Below, piece after piece: positions 18,787 to 30,947 of a DNA stretch of 64,000 bases. This DNA comes from an uncultured Clostridia bacterium (GTDB lineage Bacteria > Bacillota > Clostridia > TANB77 > CAG-508). The notes under the pieces were generated by a model, which worked only from the letters and a program-made list of their open reading frames with translations, was not told the DNA's origin and ran no database searches. The position numbers and the translations under genes are program-made. How positions within the stretch are numbered: the first letter of the stretch is position 1; every line of letters begins with the position of its first letter. Where the stretch lies: assembly GCA_944393135.1 (NCBI GenBank), contig CALXZC010000002.1, forward strand, positions 686 to 64,685, written 5' to 3'.

Positions 18787-18838
18787 AGACATCTGTCCCA
18801 AATGCGACATTTTATAGGCATGGGGACTGTCCCCAATG
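18787..18838 (-). repeat. REP-like repeat, copy B (inverted relative to copy A)
   Basis: Sequence agacatctgtcccaaatgcgacattttataggcatggggactgtccccaatg. This is close to the reverse complement of copy A. It abuts the stop codon of ORF 18839..19186. Confidence 0.8.
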
Positions 18839-19186
18839 TTAATCTTTTTTTCTAAATGAAATTTCTCTAAATAAAAAGTCATGTATTTTTTCCCATGTAA
18901 TTTCTTGGTGTAAGAATTCATTTACTTCATCTTCTACTTTTTGTTGATATGGTGTTAATTCTACTTTTATTTCTTTATTCCAATCAATTTCTTGTAGCCA
19001 GAACGCTTTGAATTTGTGCCAAAATCCTGTTTTTACTGGTAAGTTTGTATTCCTAATTGTACCAGCTTCTTCAATATTTTCAACATCTGTATTTGTGTTT
19101 ATTTCTTGATTTTGTTCTTCATTATTATTAAATTCAACTCCTCCAAATACTCCTGATACTTTATTTTCTTCACCTAAATCTGCCAT
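18839..19186 (-). CDS. Hypothetical protein
   Basis: 115-aa ORF with a GGAGGAAG RBS. It has an acidic N/E/Q-rich N-terminus and a W-rich C-terminus. I recognise no family. Confidence 0.45.
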   Translation of the reverse strand: MADLGEENKVSGVFGGVEFNNNEEQNQEINTNTDVENIEEAGTIRNTNLPVKTGFWHKFKAFWLQEIDWNKEIKVELTPYQQKVEDEVNEFLHQEITWEKIHDFLFREISFRKKD

Positions 19187-19313
19187 TTTTTCTTCCTCCT
19201 TTGTGATTTATTACACCTTTGTTAGATTATTTATACTATAATTTTTGTTTTTTATCAAGATGTTTTCCTATATTTTCATATTAAATATTTGTTACATAAT
19301 TATTACAATATTG

Positions 19314-20627
19314 TTACGCTTCGCATTTTTCTACCACTATATATTCTTGTTCTGCCTTTATACACTTTGCTTTTGTTATTGTATTTGCCATATTTTTTTC
19401 ACTACCTTTTTCTGTTTTACAACATGCTAATATATAATTTTTTGTATGTCCTTTGTAATATCCTTCTTTTTCTTCTTCCCATAATACTTCTACTGTTTTT
19501 CCTATATTTCTTTCATTATATTCTTTCTCGTTTTTATTTGATAATTCTATTAATTTTCTGCTTCTTTCTTCTTTTATATGTCCATCTATTTGTTGTTTCA
19601 TTTCTGCTGCTTTTGTTCCTTTTCTTTGTGAATATTTAAACACATGAATTTTATAAAATTTTATCTCTTCTAAAAATTTACATGTTTTTTCAAACTCTTC
19701 TTCTGTCTCTCCAGGAAATCCTACTATTATATCTGTTGTTAAATTGACATCTTTAAAATTTTTCCTTAATAATTTTACTATTTTTTTAAATTGTTCTATT
19801 GTATATCTTCTATTCATTCTTTTTAATGTCTCATCACATCCACTTTGTAGAGATAGATGAAAATGGTTACATATTTTTTCTAATTTTATTAATCTTTCTA
19901 CAAACTGCTCTGTTATTAATAATGGTTCTAATGAACCTAATCTTATTCTTTCTATTCCGTCTATTTGATTTATTTCTTCTAATAAATCTATTAACCTATA
20001 TTTTTCTTTAAAATCTTTTCCATATGATGCTATATGTATTCCTGTTATTACTACTTCTTTTATTCCTTCTTTTGCTATTTTTCTTATTTCTGATATTATT
20101 ATGTCTTTTTTTCTACTTCTTACTCTTCCTCTTGCATATGGTATTATACAATATGAACAAAATCTATCACATCCATCCTGTACTTTTACTACTGCTCTTG
20201 TTTTTTCTGTATAGATTACTTCTCCGAACTCTGCATATTCCTTTTTATTCATTATATCTTGGACTTCTAATTCTCTTTTTCTATTTTTTTCATATTCTTC
20301 AACATATTCTACTATATTCTTTTTTTCATTATTTCCAAGTATTAAATCTACTTCTTTTATTTTTTCTACCTCTTTTCTTGATACTTGTACATAACATCCA
20401 CATGCAATTACTAATGCTTGTTTATTTAATCCTTTTACTCTTCTTAACATCTGTCTTGATTTTCTATCTGACATATTTGTTACTGTGCATGTATTTATCA
20501 CATATATATCTGCTATTTCTGTATGTTCTACCACTTCATATCCATTTTTTATAAATTCTTGTGCCATTGCATTTGTTTCATATTGATTTACTTTACATCC
20601 CAATGTTATGAATGCTACTTTTTTCAT
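19314..20627 (-). CDS. mtaB: tRNA (t6A37) methylthiotransferase MtaB (radical SAM)
   Basis: The N-terminus is FITLGCKVNQYETNAM, the radical SAM motif is CDRFCSYCIIPYARG, and a C-terminal TRAM-like region follows. Confidence 0.85.
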   Translation of the reverse strand: MKKVAFITLGCKVNQYETNAMAQEFIKNGYEVVEHTEIADIYVINTCTVTNMSDRKSRQMLRRVKGLNKQALVIACGCYVQVSRKEVEKIKEVDLILGNNEKKNIVEYVEEYEKNRKRELEVQDIMNKKEYAEFGEVIYTEKTRAVVKVQDGCDRFCSYCIIPYARGRVRSRKKDIIISEIRKIAKEGIKEVVITGIHIASYGKDFKEKYRLIDLLEEINQIDGIERIRLGSLEPLLITEQFVERLIKLEKICNHFHLSLQSGCDETLKRMNRRYTIEQFKKIVKLLRKNFKDVNLTTDIIVGFPGETEEEFEKTCKFLEEIKFYKIHVFKYSQRKGTKAAEMKQQIDGHIKEERSRKLIELSNKNEKEYNERNIGKTVEVLWEEEKEGYYKGHTKNYILACCKTEKGSEKNMANTITKAKCIKAEQEYIVVEKCEA

Positions 20628-20679
20628 AGTTGGTCTCCTTCTAATTCAATATTTGAATGTTGCATAAATATCGTATGGT

Positions 20680-20743
20680 TGTCGCATGGGGACTGTCCCC
20701 ATGCCTATAAAATGTCGCATTGGGGTCTGTCCCCATGCGACAC
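20680..20743 (+). repeat. REP-like repeat, copy C
   Basis: Sequence tgtcgcatggggactgtccccatgcctataaaatgtcgcattggggtctgtccccatgcgacac. The outer 13-bp inverted repeat is tgtcgcatgggga / tccccatgcgaca. It sits between the mtaB start and the mreB stop. Confidence 0.8.
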
Positions 20744-20759
20744 TCATGCAACATTTTTA

Positions 20760-21768
<1,009 letters not shown>

Positions 21769-21942
21769 TTACCATCCTTACTCTTCTTTTATTTCTATCT
21801 CGTTACAATTTCTTTACAATTATATTACACTTTTATTGTTTTATCAACCCTTTTCATTTGATTTTTTTGTTTTTTTATAATATAATATTTATGTCTTAAA
21901 TTCAAGCTTTTAAAGATAATTTTATAATTTGGGGAGATTTTT

Positions 21943-22375
21943 ATGGATAACTTTTTTGTATTTACATCAAATAACGAAAATGAAACAAAACAGTTTGCAA
22001 AAGATTTCGCTTCTAAATTAGATAATAATACTGTTATTGTTTTGACTGGTGAACTTCGGTTCTGGTAAAACAAAATTTGTCGAAGGCTTTTTATCCTATT
22101 TTGGTCTAGAAAACGAAATATCTAGCCCCACATTTACTATTGTTAATGAATATAAAAATAATGTTTCAAATATTTTTCACTTTGATGTTTACAGGCTTTC
22201 TGATGTTTCAGAATTTTATGAAATTGGTGGAGATGAATATTTTAATAAAGGAATTTGCTTGATTGAATGGGGAGAACTTATTAAAGATGCTTTGCCTAAA
22301 AATTATATTCACTTATTTTTTGAAAAAGATATTGATGATGATAATAAAAGGAGGATTTTAATTGAATATACTTAG
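21943..22375 (+). CDS. tsaE: tRNA t6A biosynthesis ATPase TsaE. Needs a +1 shift at 22057-22059.
   Basis: Joined reading: MDNFFVFTSNNENETKQFAKDFASKLDNNTVIVLTGEL-GSGKTKFVEGF...SPTFTIVNEY...HFDVYRL. A GGGGAG RBS is present. Confidence 0.85.
22057..22059 (+). other. In-frame CGG at an apparent +1 shift site (tsaE, plus-strand gene)
   Basis: The plus strand reads CTT CGG TTC TGG TAA. The +1 frame reads GGT TCT GGT AAA ACA = GSGKT, the Walker A motif. Confidence 0.9.
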
Positions 22376-23115
22376 TATTGATACTTCTAGTAATATTTGT
22401 GGCGTTTCTATTTTAAATGACAATAAATTAATTTGTAAATTAGATGCTCTTAGCATAAATTCTCATTCTGAGGTTTTAATGCCTATGATTGATGATGCTT
22501 TTAAAAAAGCTAATTTGAATTTAGATAATATTGATTTAATTGTTTGTGATATTGGTCCACGGTTCTTTTACTGGAATTAGAATTGGATGTGCAACTTGCA
22601 AAGCTTTTCACGATAGTAAGAACATTAATATAGTTGGTATCACTTCTTTAGAGTGTCTTGCAAGAAAATTAATTGATACTGTTCCTAATAATTCTTTAAT
22701 TTGCAGTATGATTGATTGTAAGAATGATAATTGTTATTATGCTTTATACCAGAAAATTGATGATGAATTAGATGTTTTAATTACTCCTGACACTGATAAT
22801 GTAAAAACTGTTTTAAATATTATCAATACTTATTTAGATGATAGTGATGAAGAAGGCAATTTATATTTTATTGGAAATGGTACAGAGGCATATAGAAATG
22901 ATATTAGAACTATTATTCCATATGCTTATATTTCTAATCCAAAACAAAATTTATTAAATTCTTATTATCTAGGCCTTTCTGGCCTTGCTTTTTATAATTC
23001 AGGTGTTGAAGCTACTACCCAGGATAGACAATTAAATGATATTTTACCTTTATATTTAAAAAAGCCTCAAGCACAAAGGCAATTAGAAGAAAATAAGAAC
23101 TCTATACCTTTTTAA
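22362..23115 (+). CDS. tsaB: tRNA t6A biosynthesis protein TsaB. Needs a +1 shift at 22560-22562.
   Basis: Joined reading: ILSIDTSSNICGVSIL...IDLIVCDIGP-GSFTGIRIGCATCKAF. It starts at a TTG that overlaps the tsaE end. Confidence 0.85.
22560..22562 (+). other. In-frame CGG at an apparent +1 shift site (tsaB, plus-strand gene)
   Basis: The plus strand reads CCA CGG TTC TTT TAC TGG AAT TAG. The +1 frame reads GGT TCT TTT ACT GGA ATT AGA = GSFTGIR, part of the conserved GPGSFTG motif. Confidence 0.9.
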
Positions 23116-23137
23116 GAATATAGAGTTCTTTATTTTC

Positions 23138-24022
23138 CTAATCAATATTTATCAGTTCATATTTTCTACTTCCAATGCCTAACTCTTCTGCTGCTTCTAT
23201 TGTATGAATTCCATTTCTTGTTTCTACTCGTTCTATAAAATGTTCTTTTCCTTTATCATTTGAATTATAAACTAAATCAATACATGCTTGGTCTATTGCA
23301 ACTGGATCTGTTGATGCTAGTATTCCAATATCTTCCATACATGGATCTTCTGCAACGCTACAGCAATCACAGTCTACTGATAAATTTTTCATAACATTTA
23401 TATATACAATTTTTCCTTTAAACATTTCGTCTACAGTTGAAGCTGCATCTGCCATTGCTTCTAAAAATTTATCTTGTTCTGGTAAGTTGTCCCATATTTT
23501 ATATTGGTCTTTACTTTGCCCTGCTGAATGTATCCACGCTTTTCCTTCTGATGAGCTACATCCTATTGATAATTGTTTTAGAGCTCCTCCATAGCCACCC
23601 ATTGGATGTCCTTTAAAATGTGATAACACTAACATTGAATTATATTTATCTATATTTTTACCAACATAATTTTCTTTTAATACTTTTCCATTTTTCACTT
23701 CTAAAACTTTATCTGGTCCTTCTTCATCCATTAAATCAAACTTGAAATATTTTGACCAGCCATGTTCTTCTATTAATTTTTTATGCTTTTCAGTTGTATT
23801 TCTTTCTCCTCCATAAGCAGTATTACATTCTACAACTGTTCCATCTAATTTTTCTACAATCTTTTTTACAAAATCTGGTCTTAAATAATTTTGATTTCCA
23901 GCTTCCCCTGAATGCAATTTTACAGCAACCTTGCCCTCTAATTTTACTCCTAATTTTTCATATATATTTACTAAACTCTCTGGTGTTATTTCCTTTGTAA
24001 ATAAAACTTTTGACTTTTCCAT
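23138..24022 (-). CDS. DUF362-like protein with a Cys cluster
   Basis: 294-aa ORF containing VAVKLHSGEAGN..LRP...ECNTAYGG and SVDCDCC. The family assignment is from memory. Confidence 0.45.
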   Translation of the reverse strand: MEKSKVLFTKEITPESLVNIYEKLGVKLEGKVAVKLHSGEAGNQNYLRPDFVKKIVEKLDGTVVECNTAYGGERNTTEKHKKLIEEHGWSKYFKFDLMDEEGPDKVLEVKNGKVLKENYVGKNIDKYNSMLVLSHFKGHPMGGYGGALKQLSIGCSSSEGKAWIHSAGQSKDQYKIWDNLPEQDKFLEAMADAASTVDEMFKGKIVYINVMKNLSVDCDCCSVAEDPCMEDIGILASTDPVAIDQACIDLVYNSNDKGKEHFIERVETRNGIHTIEAAEELGIGSRKYELINID

Positions 24023-24153
24023 TAATTGTCCTTCCTTTCTTTTAATTTCTAATATATTTTATATCACTTTGACCTTACATCATGTCAATACTTTTTTTCA
24101 TTTTTATTGATTTTTTTTCTACTTTTTTTTATAATATTAAAAAGGTGATTTAC

Positions 24154-24585
24154 ATGATAACTATTAGTAAAATGAATTTAGACGATTTAAATCAAATAAA
24201 AAACATTCTATTTTCAGATTTCGACGATTTTTGGAATTATTCTATTTTTAAAAGTGAACTTGAAAACTCTAATTCTTATTATCTTATTGCTAAGGATAAT
24301 TCTAAAATCATTGGTTTTGGTGGCATAAAAGTATCTATTCCTGATGCTGATATTATGAATATCGTTGTCAGAAAAAACTATAGAAAGCATGGTATAGGTT
24401 CTTTTCTCATGCGAGAACTAATAAATTTTGCTAGCTCTTTAGGTGTTAAAAATTTATTCCTAGAAGTAAATGAGAAAAACTCCTATGCTATTTCTCTTTA
24501 CCAAAAATTCAATTTTAAAGAAATTAGTATTCGCAAAAATTATTATAATGAAAATAATGCAATTATTATGAAAAAGGAAATCTAA
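24154..24585 (+). CDS. rimI: Ribosomal-protein-alanine N-acetyltransferase RimI (GNAT)
   Basis: The GNAT core is IMNIVVRKNYRKHGIGSFLM. It sits in tsaE-tsaB-rimI synteny. An AAAGGTGA RBS lies before the ATG at 24154. Confidence 0.75.
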   Translation: MITISKMNLDDLNQIKNILFSDFDDFWNYSIFKSELENSNSYYLIAKDNSKIIGFGGIKVSIPDADIMNIVVRKNYRKHGIGSFLMRELINFASSLGVKNLFLEVNEKNSYAISLYQKFNFKEISIRKNYYNENNAIIMKKEI

Positions 24586-24599
24586 ACATTTGATTTCCT

Positions 24600-25106
24600 T
24601 TACTTCAATTCAATTTCTATATTTCTTTCATTTTCTAAATTTATTTTACTATATTTAACATTACATTCATCAAATAATTTTCTTGATGCTATATTATTGT
24701 CTGAATTCCAATATTTATCTGACAAATATATTACTTCTTTTATCCCTGATTGAATAATTAATTTAGCACATTCATTGCATGGAAATAAATCAACATATAT
24801 CTTAGCATTTTCTAAATCTTTTTTGCTTCCTCTATAATTTAAAATTGCATTTAGCTCTGCATGGCATACATAAGGATATTTTGTTTCTAAACTTTCTCCT
24901 TCTCTATCCCATGGAAACTCATCATCATTAAATCCATTTGGTGCTCCATTATATCCTATTGATAATATTCTATTATCATTGCTTACAATACAAGCTCCGA
25001 CTTGTGTAGATGGATCCTTACTCCTCATAGCTGATAATTTTGCTATTGCCATAAAATACTCATCCCATGTCAAATAATTTTCTCTCTTTTTCGTATTCAT
25101 TTTCAT
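24600..25106 (-). CDS. comEB: dCMP deaminase (ComEB family)
   Basis: The zinc motifs HAELNAI and PCNECAKLI are present, along with WDEYFM at the N-terminus. Confidence 0.85.
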   Translation of the reverse strand: MKMNTKKRENYLTWDEYFMAIAKLSAMRSKDPSTQVGACIVSNDNRILSIGYNGAPNGFNDDEFPWDREGESLETKYPYVCHAELNAILNYRGSKKDLENAKIYVDLFPCNECAKLIIQSGIKEVIYLSDKYWNSDNNIASRKLFDECNVKYSKINLENERNIEIELK

Positions 25107-25139
25107 TTCCTCTCTATAACTATATTTACTTTTACAATT

Positions 25140-26430
<1,291 letters not shown>

Positions 26431-26432
26431 CT

Positions 26433-26497
26433 ATGTCGCATGTGGTCCGTCCCCGTTGCGACATTTTATAGGCATGGGGACTGTCCCTATAAGACAT
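26433..26497 (-). repeat. REP-like repeat, copy D
   Basis: Sequence atgtcgcatgtggtccgtccccgttgcgacattttataggcatggggactgtccctataagacat. Its reverse complement aligns with copies A and C. It sits between the obg start and the trpS stop. Confidence 0.8.
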
Positions 26498-26499
26498 TT

Positions 26500-27510
26500 T
26501 TACTCAAAATAATCTAATTTCATTGCTTTTTTTACTTTTTTCATTGTTTCTTTTGCTACCTCTCGTGCTTTTTTTGTGCCTTCTATTAATATTTTATTTA
26601 CTTCTTCTGGATGTTTTTCATAATATGCTCTTTTTTCTCTTATTGGTTTTAGTTCTTCTGCTATATTTTTTGCTAGTTGCTTTTTACATGCTACACAACC
26701 TCGTTTTCCTTCCCTACATTCTTTGCATACGGTTTCTACTTCTTCTGGCTTACTAAATAATTTATGATAATATGCTACCATGCATATATCAGGATTTCCT
26801 AAATCGTCCTTTTTTATTCTATTGGGGTCCGTTATTGCTCCCATTACTTTTTTTGTTATTTCTTCTTCGTTATCTGCTAAATATATTGCATTTCCTAAGG
26901 ATTTTCCCATTTTATCGTTTCCATCTAGTCCTTTTATCCTTTTTTCACTAGATAATACTGCTTCTGGTTCTACTAATACATTTCCATATATACTATTAAA
27001 TTTTCTTACTATTTCTCTTGTTTGTTCTATTAATGGTAATTGGTCTTCTCCTACTGGTACTAATTTTCCTTCAAATGCTGTTATGTCTGCTGCTTGACTT
27101 ACTGGATATCCTAAAAATCCATATGTTACACTTTCTCCAAATAAATCTCTTTTTTGTGCTATTTCTGTTTTTACTGTTGGATTTCTCTGTAGTCTTGCTA
27201 TTGTTACTAGGTTTGAATAAAACACTGTTAATTCTGCTGTTTCTGGTATCATTGATTGTATATATATTGTTGTTTTTTCTGGATTTATTCCACATGATAG
27301 ATAGTCAATGGCTACTTCTTTTACATTTTTTCTTACTTTTTCTGGATTATTAAAATTATCTGTTAATGCTTGTACATCTGCGATTAGTATATATGGGTCA
27401 TATAATCCACTTTCTTGCATTTCTACTCTTTTTTTTATTGACCCAAAGTAATGTCCTATATGTAATCTTCCTGTTGGTCTATCTCCTGTTAATATTCTTT
27501 TCTTTTCCAT
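26500..27510 (-). CDS. trpS: Tryptophan--tRNA ligase
   Basis: GDRPTGRLHIGHYFG is the HIGH motif and KMGKS is the KMSKS-like motif. The ORF is 336 aa. Confidence 0.85.
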   Translation of the reverse strand: MEKKRILTGDRPTGRLHIGHYFGSIKKRVEMQESGLYDPYILIADVQALTDNFNNPEKVRKNVKEVAIDYLSCGINPEKTTIYIQSMIPETAELTVFYSNLVTIARLQRNPTVKTEIAQKRDLFGESVTYGFLGYPVSQAADITAFEGKLVPVGEDQLPLIEQTREIVRKFNSIYGNVLVEPEAVLSSEKRIKGLDGNDKMGKSLGNAIYLADNEEEITKKVMGAITDPNRIKKDDLGNPDICMVAYYHKLFSKPEEVETVCKECREGKRGCVACKKQLAKNIAEELKPIREKRAYYEKHPEEVNKILIEGTKKAREVAKETMKKVKKAMKLDYFE

Positions 27511-27644
27511 TTTTTCTTCCTCTTTCTTTTTATTTCTTAGCTATTATACTATATTTTCCTATTTTTTACAACTTCTTTATTTTGTGAATTTTTTTGTGAA
27601 TTTTTTTGTTAAATTTTTGTCTGTACTTTTGTCTGACTTTTTGT

Positions 27645-29372
27645 CTAGCTTTTATCTGTATTTTTTTGTGAATTTTTAATTATTATTCTAATGTTATATA
27701 TTATAAATATTAGAAAACTTATTATTGATGTTATAAAACTTACTCTTGCTAGTGTTGTTCCTGTGTATTTTACTATTATGTCGCCACTGCTTTTTTCTTT
27801 TATTTCTACTCCTATAAAACCGTTTTCTGTTTCATAATATGGAATTTTTTCTCCATTTATTTTGATTTCATATCCCGGATAATATAAATATGGTAATTCT
27901 ATGTTTGATTTCTCATTGTTGTTTCTATATTTTATTTCCATTTTTGAACCATTTTTATTTTCTTCTTTTATTTCTATATTTCCGTTTATTACTTCTACTT
28001 TTTGTTCTCTATTTTCTAAATAGTCTAAATTTAAGAATGCTTTTGATGGTATGTATTCTAGTGATACTGTTGATGTCGTCCCACTTGTTCCTTCTATTAT
28101 TTCGTCTTTTTTGCTATATTTTTCATCCACTATTTCATCATCAAAATTATTTACAAATATTAGTGGTGATACATATATTAATATTATAGTTGTTATTAAC
28201 ATTATTTCTTTGATATCTATTTTTCGACATAGCTTTTCTATGTTTATTACTGCTATTATTGTGAGCATAAATGTTGCTACAAATAAAAATCTCCATGGAT
28301 ATTGTATAAAAGACATCCATTGTGGCATTTTTTCATATGGTATTATTGTTGTCGATAATATTATTGATAGTAGTCCTATTATTAATGATACTAAATAGTT
28401 CTTTCTTTTCTCTTTTCCTATATTTTTTAATACAAATGGTGTAAATATTATTGGTATTATTATATATAAACCTATCTGAAAGCACATGTCTGTTTCTACA
28501 TTATCTGCATTACTTAAAAGATTACTTAGTCCATATTGCATTTTTCCAAATAGTATTTGTGATAAATATACTGCATTTTCTTTTAGCGTTTCTACTGTTC
28601 CCATTTTTCCGTATTCAAAGACTACATATCTAGCTGATGCTTTTGTTTGTAATAATGTTAAATAAAAGAAACTTGTGATAAATATTATAAAAACAACATT
28701 TATTGCTATCTTTTTTATTTTTTCTTTATCTTTTAATTTTTCTATATTAAATATTATGAATATTCCTGAAACTACTACTGCAAATACTGCACTTATATTA
28801 TGTGATAATAGTATTCCAACTGCTCCTACTGTTATTAATGTGTGTTTTTTTCCACTTCCTATTAAAATATTATATATTCCCAAAAATAATATTGGAAAAA
28901 ATGCATATGAGAGTATTTCTCCCAATGCCATTCTTGTATATATATCTACTAATAAATATGGTGCACATATATACATTATTGAGCCAAGTAATGATATTTT
29001 CTTTTTTCTAGTTATTTCTTTTAATAATTCGTACATTCCTAATCCTGCTATGATTACTGATATTATAATTATTAATTTAAAAGAATTTACATAACTATAT
29101 ACAAATATTTTAAGAATTGTCATTATATATGTTACAAGTGGCGGATAGAATATATTCCATGAATATCCAAATCCGTTTGCATAGTTTGATGTTATTAATG
29201 CTGGAAATTGACCTTCACTTAATGCCTCTCCTGTTCCTACTGCTCTTGCCATGTGTGCATCTACATCATGACCTTCTGGCAGCCCTTTTATTAATAACAC
29301 TGATGTTATCATTATTGCTATTACTATTATTATTAAATAATATTTATGATTATTTTTTAGATATTCTTTCAT
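27645..29372 (-). CDS. Large polytopic membrane protein, probably a GT-C-like glycopolymer glycosyltransferase (PTPS-related / YfhO-like)
   Basis: 575 aa with more than 10 TM helices. The N-terminal stretch GLPEGHDVDAHMAR is typical of that family as I recall it. The C-terminal domain is soluble. Confidence 0.45.
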   Translation of the reverse strand: MKEYLKNNHKYYLIIIVIAIMITSVLLIKGLPEGHDVDAHMARAVGTGEALSEGQFPALITSNYANGFGYSWNIFYPPLVTYIMTILKIFVYSYVNSFKLIIIISVIIAGLGMYELLKEITRKKKISLLGSIMYICAPYLLVDIYTRMALGEILSYAFFPILFLGIYNILIGSGKKHTLITVGAVGILLSHNISAVFAVVVSGIFIIFNIEKLKDKEKIKKIAINVVFIIFITSFFYLTLLQTKASARYVVFEYGKMGTVETLKENAVYLSQILFGKMQYGLSNLLSNADNVETDMCFQIGLYIIIPIIFTPFVLKNIGKEKRKNYLVSLIIGLLSIILSTTIIPYEKMPQWMSFIQYPWRFLFVATFMLTIIAVINIEKLCRKIDIKEIMLITTIILIYVSPLIFVNNFDDEIVDEKYSKKDEIIEGTSGTTSTVSLEYIPSKAFLNLDYLENREQKVEVINGNIEIKEENKNGSKMEIKYRNNNEKSNIELPYLYYPGYEIKINGEKIPYYETENGFIGVEIKEKSSGDIIVKYTGTTLARVSFITSIISFLIFIIYNIRIIIKNSQKNTDKS

Positions 29373-29464
29373 TATCTACCTCTTGTTATTTTATTTTTTT
29401 AATTATATCATAATCTCTTCTATTGTAAAGAGAAAAAAGAAAGGCTTCCCTTTCTTTTAATTTC

Positions 29465-29941
29465 TTATTCTTGTATTTTTTCTTTTTTAAATACTATAAA
29501 TTTACTAAATACGTAATTCATTATTACAACCATTACTTGTGTTACGACTTTTGAGACTATATCATTTATATGTAATACATCAACCATTAAAGCAAATGTT
29601 CCAACATCACATAATATTCCTGATACAATCCTTGCTAAGAAAAACGATATACATTCTTTTATTACTTCTTTTTTTCCATTAGTTTTGCTATCAAATACGA
29701 ATATTTTATTTGTCACATATGCAAATAATACTGAGCAAAACCAAGATAAACCACTACTTATTACTTCATCTATATGATAAACTCTTGCAAATATGAAATA
29801 TGATACAAAATTAACTAACATAGCTAATCCACCAAATATCACATAGTTTATTATTTCCTTAAATTCTATATATAGTTCTTTTATATCTTTTAATTTTAAA
29901 TGTTTCCAATCTACATCTTTTAATTTTTTCAATTTATCCAT
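29465..29941 (-). CDS. GtrA-family membrane protein
   Basis: 158 aa with 4 TM helices. It contains YVIFGGLAMLVNFVSYFIF and KFIVF, and it sits next to GT2 genes. Confidence 0.7.
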   Translation of the reverse strand: MDKLKKLKDVDWKHLKLKDIKELYIEFKEIINYVIFGGLAMLVNFVSYFIFARVYHIDEVISSGLSWFCSVLFAYVTNKIFVFDSKTNGKKEVIKECISFFLARIVSGILCDVGTFALMVDVLHINDIVSKVVTQVMVVIMNYVFSKFIVFKKEKIQE

Positions 29942-30926
29942 TTTTCTCTTCCTTTATTAAATCATTAAATCTATCTTTATATTGATTTAATTTTATCTCG
30001 AAATCTTGTTTACTTCTTTTTATAACAGTCTGTAAAATTAATCCTCCAAAGAATGACTGTATTGAACATATAAAGAAAAATACACTTGCTACAAAAGATG
30101 GCATTTTTGGTACTAATCCTGTATTTATATAATCTATTAGTACTGGTATTAAGAAGCAAAGCCCTATTAATGCAAGCATTACTGCTACCCATGTAAAAAA
30201 TGAAAATGGTCTATAATCTTTATACAATGTTCCTATTGTTTTTATTACCTTCGCTCCATCAGAATAAGTGTTTAATTTTGAATTACTTCCATCTGGTCTA
30301 TCTCTATATTCTATTATTACATTTTCTATTCCCATATTTTTATCTAATGCATGTATTGTCATTTCTGTTTCTATTTCAAATCCTTTTGATAATACCGGAA
30401 ATGTTTTTACAAATTCATAACTAAATGCCCTATATCCTGTCATTACATCTCTTATGTCTGATTTATATATCATATTTATTAATTTTCTAACTAATACATT
30501 TCCTGTATTGTGGAATGGTCTTTTGTTTTCTGTAAAATATGTTGATGATAATCTATCTCCTACTACCATATCTACATTTCTTTGTAAAACTGCCTCACAC
30601 ATTTTTCTTGCATTTTCTGCTGGGTATGTATCATCTCCATCTACCATTATATAACATCTAGCATCTATATCTCGGAACATAGATCTAATTACATTTCCTT
30701 TTCCTTGTTTTCTTTCATATCTAACTACTGCTCCTGCATTTTTTGCTATTTCATCTGTTCCATCTTTTGAATTATTATCATATACATATATTGTTGCTTC
30801 TGGAAGTTCTTTCTTAAAATCTTCTACTACCTTTTTTATTGTTTTAGCTTCATTATAACATGGTATTAACACTGCTATTTTATCCATTTTCTTACCTACT
30901 TTCATTATTTTTTCCTTTATTAGCAA
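29934..30926 (-). CDS. Glycosyltransferase family 2 (polyprenyl-phosphate sugar transferase type, with C-terminal TM helices)
   Basis: VLIPCYNEAKTI and VDGDDTY motifs are present, followed by two C-terminal TM helices. The true start may be the internal MDKIAVL. Confidence 0.75.
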   Translation of the reverse strand: MLIKEKIMKVGKKMDKIAVLIPCYNEAKTIKKVVEDFKKELPEATIYVYDNNSKDGTDEIAKNAGAVVRYERKQGKGNVIRSMFRDIDARCYIMVDGDDTYPAENARKMCEAVLQRNVDMVVGDRLSSTYFTENKRPFHNTGNVLVRKLINMIYKSDIRDVMTGYRAFSYEFVKTFPVLSKGFEIETEMTIHALDKNMGIENVIIEYRDRPDGSNSKLNTYSDGAKVIKTIGTLYKDYRPFSFFTWVAVMLALIGLCFLIPVLIDYINTGLVPKMPSFVASVFFFICSIQSFFGGLILQTVIKRSKQDFEIKLNQYKDRFNDLIKEEKNG

Positions 30927-30947
30927 TTATTCTAATTTCAAAAAATA

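Noticed and set aside
21943-24585. Interruption of the tsaE-tsaB-rimI operon by an opposite-strand DUF362-like gene, as a sign of a mobile insertion.
   Set aside because: I saw no flanking repeats, no integrase and no compositional shift. It is probably just a local gene-order variant.
27511-27700. A T-box or other leader upstream of trpS. This region also has short direct repeats, TTGTGAATTTTT (three copies, two of them adjacent) and TTTTGTCT (three copies).
   Set aside because: The gap is only about 134 nt. I could not find a T-box consensus or a specifier-loop architecture, and part of the repeat run lies in the 3' end of the upstream ORF. It looks like low-complexity T-rich sequence.
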